DNA of 64,000 nucleotides from Microthyrium microscopicum (Eukaryota): NCBI GenBank assembly GCA_010405405.1, contig MU004236.1, positions 322,576 to 386,575 of the forward strand, read 5' to 3'. Shown piece by piece: positions 61,913 to 64,000 of this stretch (position 1 is its first letter; each line of letters starts with the position of its first letter). The notes under the pieces were generated by a model. It saw only the letters and a program-made list of their open reading frames with translations, ran no database searches and was not told where the DNA came from. The position numbers and the translations under genes were made by a program.

Positions 61913-64000
61913 ATTGATTCGGTCAGACTCTTTTTCGAGAGCCCGAAAAATCGTCTCTTGTCCTCAACTCTAAATTCGGTTTGTCATAACCAATTTTTAT
62001 GATATGTTGAATTCCCAACTCATAATTGAAGTGGACACTTGGCTCACATACAGGCCAATTATAAGCGAGCTGTGTAAGGTATCTAGTAGGCTGAGCCAGA
62101 AGTTTCTTCCAACTTCACCTCCATGTTTGTTATCTGCCTTTGGTCCAAATTTCCCAGCCTCAAGCATGTCCTTTACGGTGTGAAATATCCAGCTCTTTGT
62201 CCATTGTGCCATGCAGAATTTCGAGTCATAGTCGGAACTGGAATCTTGACGACTAGAGACATCCCATGTTCAGCCTGCCAGAAGATCACCGCTATTCGTC
62301 TCTTCAACAGATGTGCATATCCCAGTAACTCCTTTGAAATGGCTTGGGACCTGAAAGATGTGCGTTTACAGCAGAAAATAGGTCATCTATGCCATTTCAT
62401 CTTCAAGATACTACAAAGCTCGCCGGTAATTGCGAACCTTGACAGTGGAGTCATTCGTATTCTGACTCCAACAAGTTCAATTTCATCGGCCTCAGATTAC
62501 GAGATGGCTACAGAAGAGGTCCGACTTGGCTGTCTGGCGCTCTGAATCTCGCCGTTGAATGGGTGAAGACCACCAGAGTGTCAAATTTACCAACATCAGC
62601 ATTGCCGCCTCCTGGGGAGCATGAGATCAGAAAAGATCCACCACTTTTAGCAAGACATAACAAGCCAAGGTATCGATATAGAAATGAAGTTGTTGAAAGC
62701 AAAAGCACATATTTTGCAGCTTGTGGTAGTACCCCTGTACCTAGCCAACTAGCCCCTATCCCAGGCCCCTATCTCAGCCCCTTCAAAGGTTTAGCCTTTA
62801 GCCTTTAGGATCCTAGATTTCTTGATTTCCTACAAGTCCCTATATTTATACTACCTATTACCATAAACTAGACACAAATCCAAGGACTTCATAGAGAAAT
62901 TTTTTGCTCCAAAAGTTGCGTCTAACGTGGTCCACCAGAAGCATATAACATATTACACACGAGCCTGAATGCGGTCATCAATCGTCCAAAGTGGTAAGAG
63001 AGGTTCATTATCATCAGTACCTACCTACTTTATTCCCTCATGGCTGAACCCTTGATCAACTCAAATGCATGCAAAGAGAATTACTCGGGGTCGCCCTTAC
63101 CGCCTGAGAAACCAGCCACCCCGTCAAAGACGCTCGGTTGGCACGTTGGATCGATCATCACGATTACCACGAGAGAGATATGAGATGTGAAAACAATACT
63201 GTCTAGTCTTTCGTTCGACTTGCAATCATTTCGCTCGAAAACTGGTTGGTGGTCCCTGAATTGTCCATTACTATTGTTCAGTATCTCCTCTAGAGACACA
63301 GTAATGACCAAACATTTCTAACCAATAACAAGAAGGGCATAAATCACTCACTCGGAAGTTGTTGGCAAGGGTAGCTCCAAAATTTGGAGCTCAATTTGTG
63401 GTTCCGGTTGTTACGTTTTAGCGTGAACTGTACCGTACATGACATTAGCAAATCCCTAGAAGTTCTAGACCTTCATGCAGTGTATCGCAAGGGTTTACCT
63501 GACTAGTGAAGGTCCGATAAGGCTTATAGCAGACAAGCATTTCCTTATTTCAAATCGAGTTTAGCTTCGAGGTACAGCGTAAGCCCGTGCTGCTCTACTG
63601 GTGGCTGACTGGTCGGGGAAGTCGCGTCCCTGTTCTTCAGGATCTTAGCATTTCCATCTCAATGGTAAGTCGCGTGATGAATCTCTCCTTGCCGAATCAA
63701 TTGTCCAATCATTGCAAATCCGTAATTTCATTCCTTCAAGCTCCATGTCCTAGCTGCACTGTGCAGCATGTGAAGGATCAAAATACCGACTCGATTCGCG
63801 GGTAGAAACGGTGTAAAGTTCCTTCAGGATCTTGATGTGCCTCTGAACGCAACCAGCATCATGGGCTATGCAAAGGTATGCCCGAGTAGTAAGTACTGCT
63901 GGCACTATGCCTAGCAACGGCATGTATCGTTCAGATCAATAGCCGGTAAGCCTCTCCAAAGATGAGGGGCTGAATCATAGTGCACTTCTTGAGTACTAGA

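Noticed and set aside
61997..64000. Short ORFs and small repeats (GCCCCTATC x2, TTTAGCC x2, CTTCAGGATCTT x2)
   Set aside because: Frames are interrupted and carry no recognisable motif; the repeats are too short and irregular to indicate an element or array.

Overview
Eukaryotic DNA from a filamentous ascomycete (Pezizomycotina-like), judged from intron-rich genes with GT..CTRAC..AG introns and sharply bounded AT-rich blocks with the TpA excess typical of RIP. About 17 protein-coding genes were reconstructed by hand: laeA-type methyltransferase, MBL-fold protein, short/branched-chain acyl-CoA dehydrogenase, two hypothetical proteins, a secreted N/Q-repeat protein, pirin, a GLTP/HET-C-like protein head-to-head with a HeLo-like/ankyrin protein, a TOK K+ channel, ATE1, a DDP1/Aps1 Nudix hydrolase, a HET-domain protein, tetraspanin Tsp3, a GH31 alpha-glucosidase, an APH-like kinase and an amino-acid permease. 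Four RIP-degraded mobile elements can be delimited to the base. A ~1.1 kb non-autonomous hAT element (8-bp TSD) sits 175 bp upstream of the laeA ATG and carries a nested full-length Gypsy element (5-bp TSD). There is also a TA-flanked MITE and a full-length L1/Tx1-like LINE (19-bp TSD) upstream of the acyl-CoA dehydrogenase. The best leads are a ~290-nt structured RNA candidate in an oversized ATE1 intron, the transposon nest splitting the laeA upstream region, and the GLTP + HeLo-like/ANK divergent pair as a possible nonself-recognition module. All family calls come from motif recognition by eye; no database searches were run.
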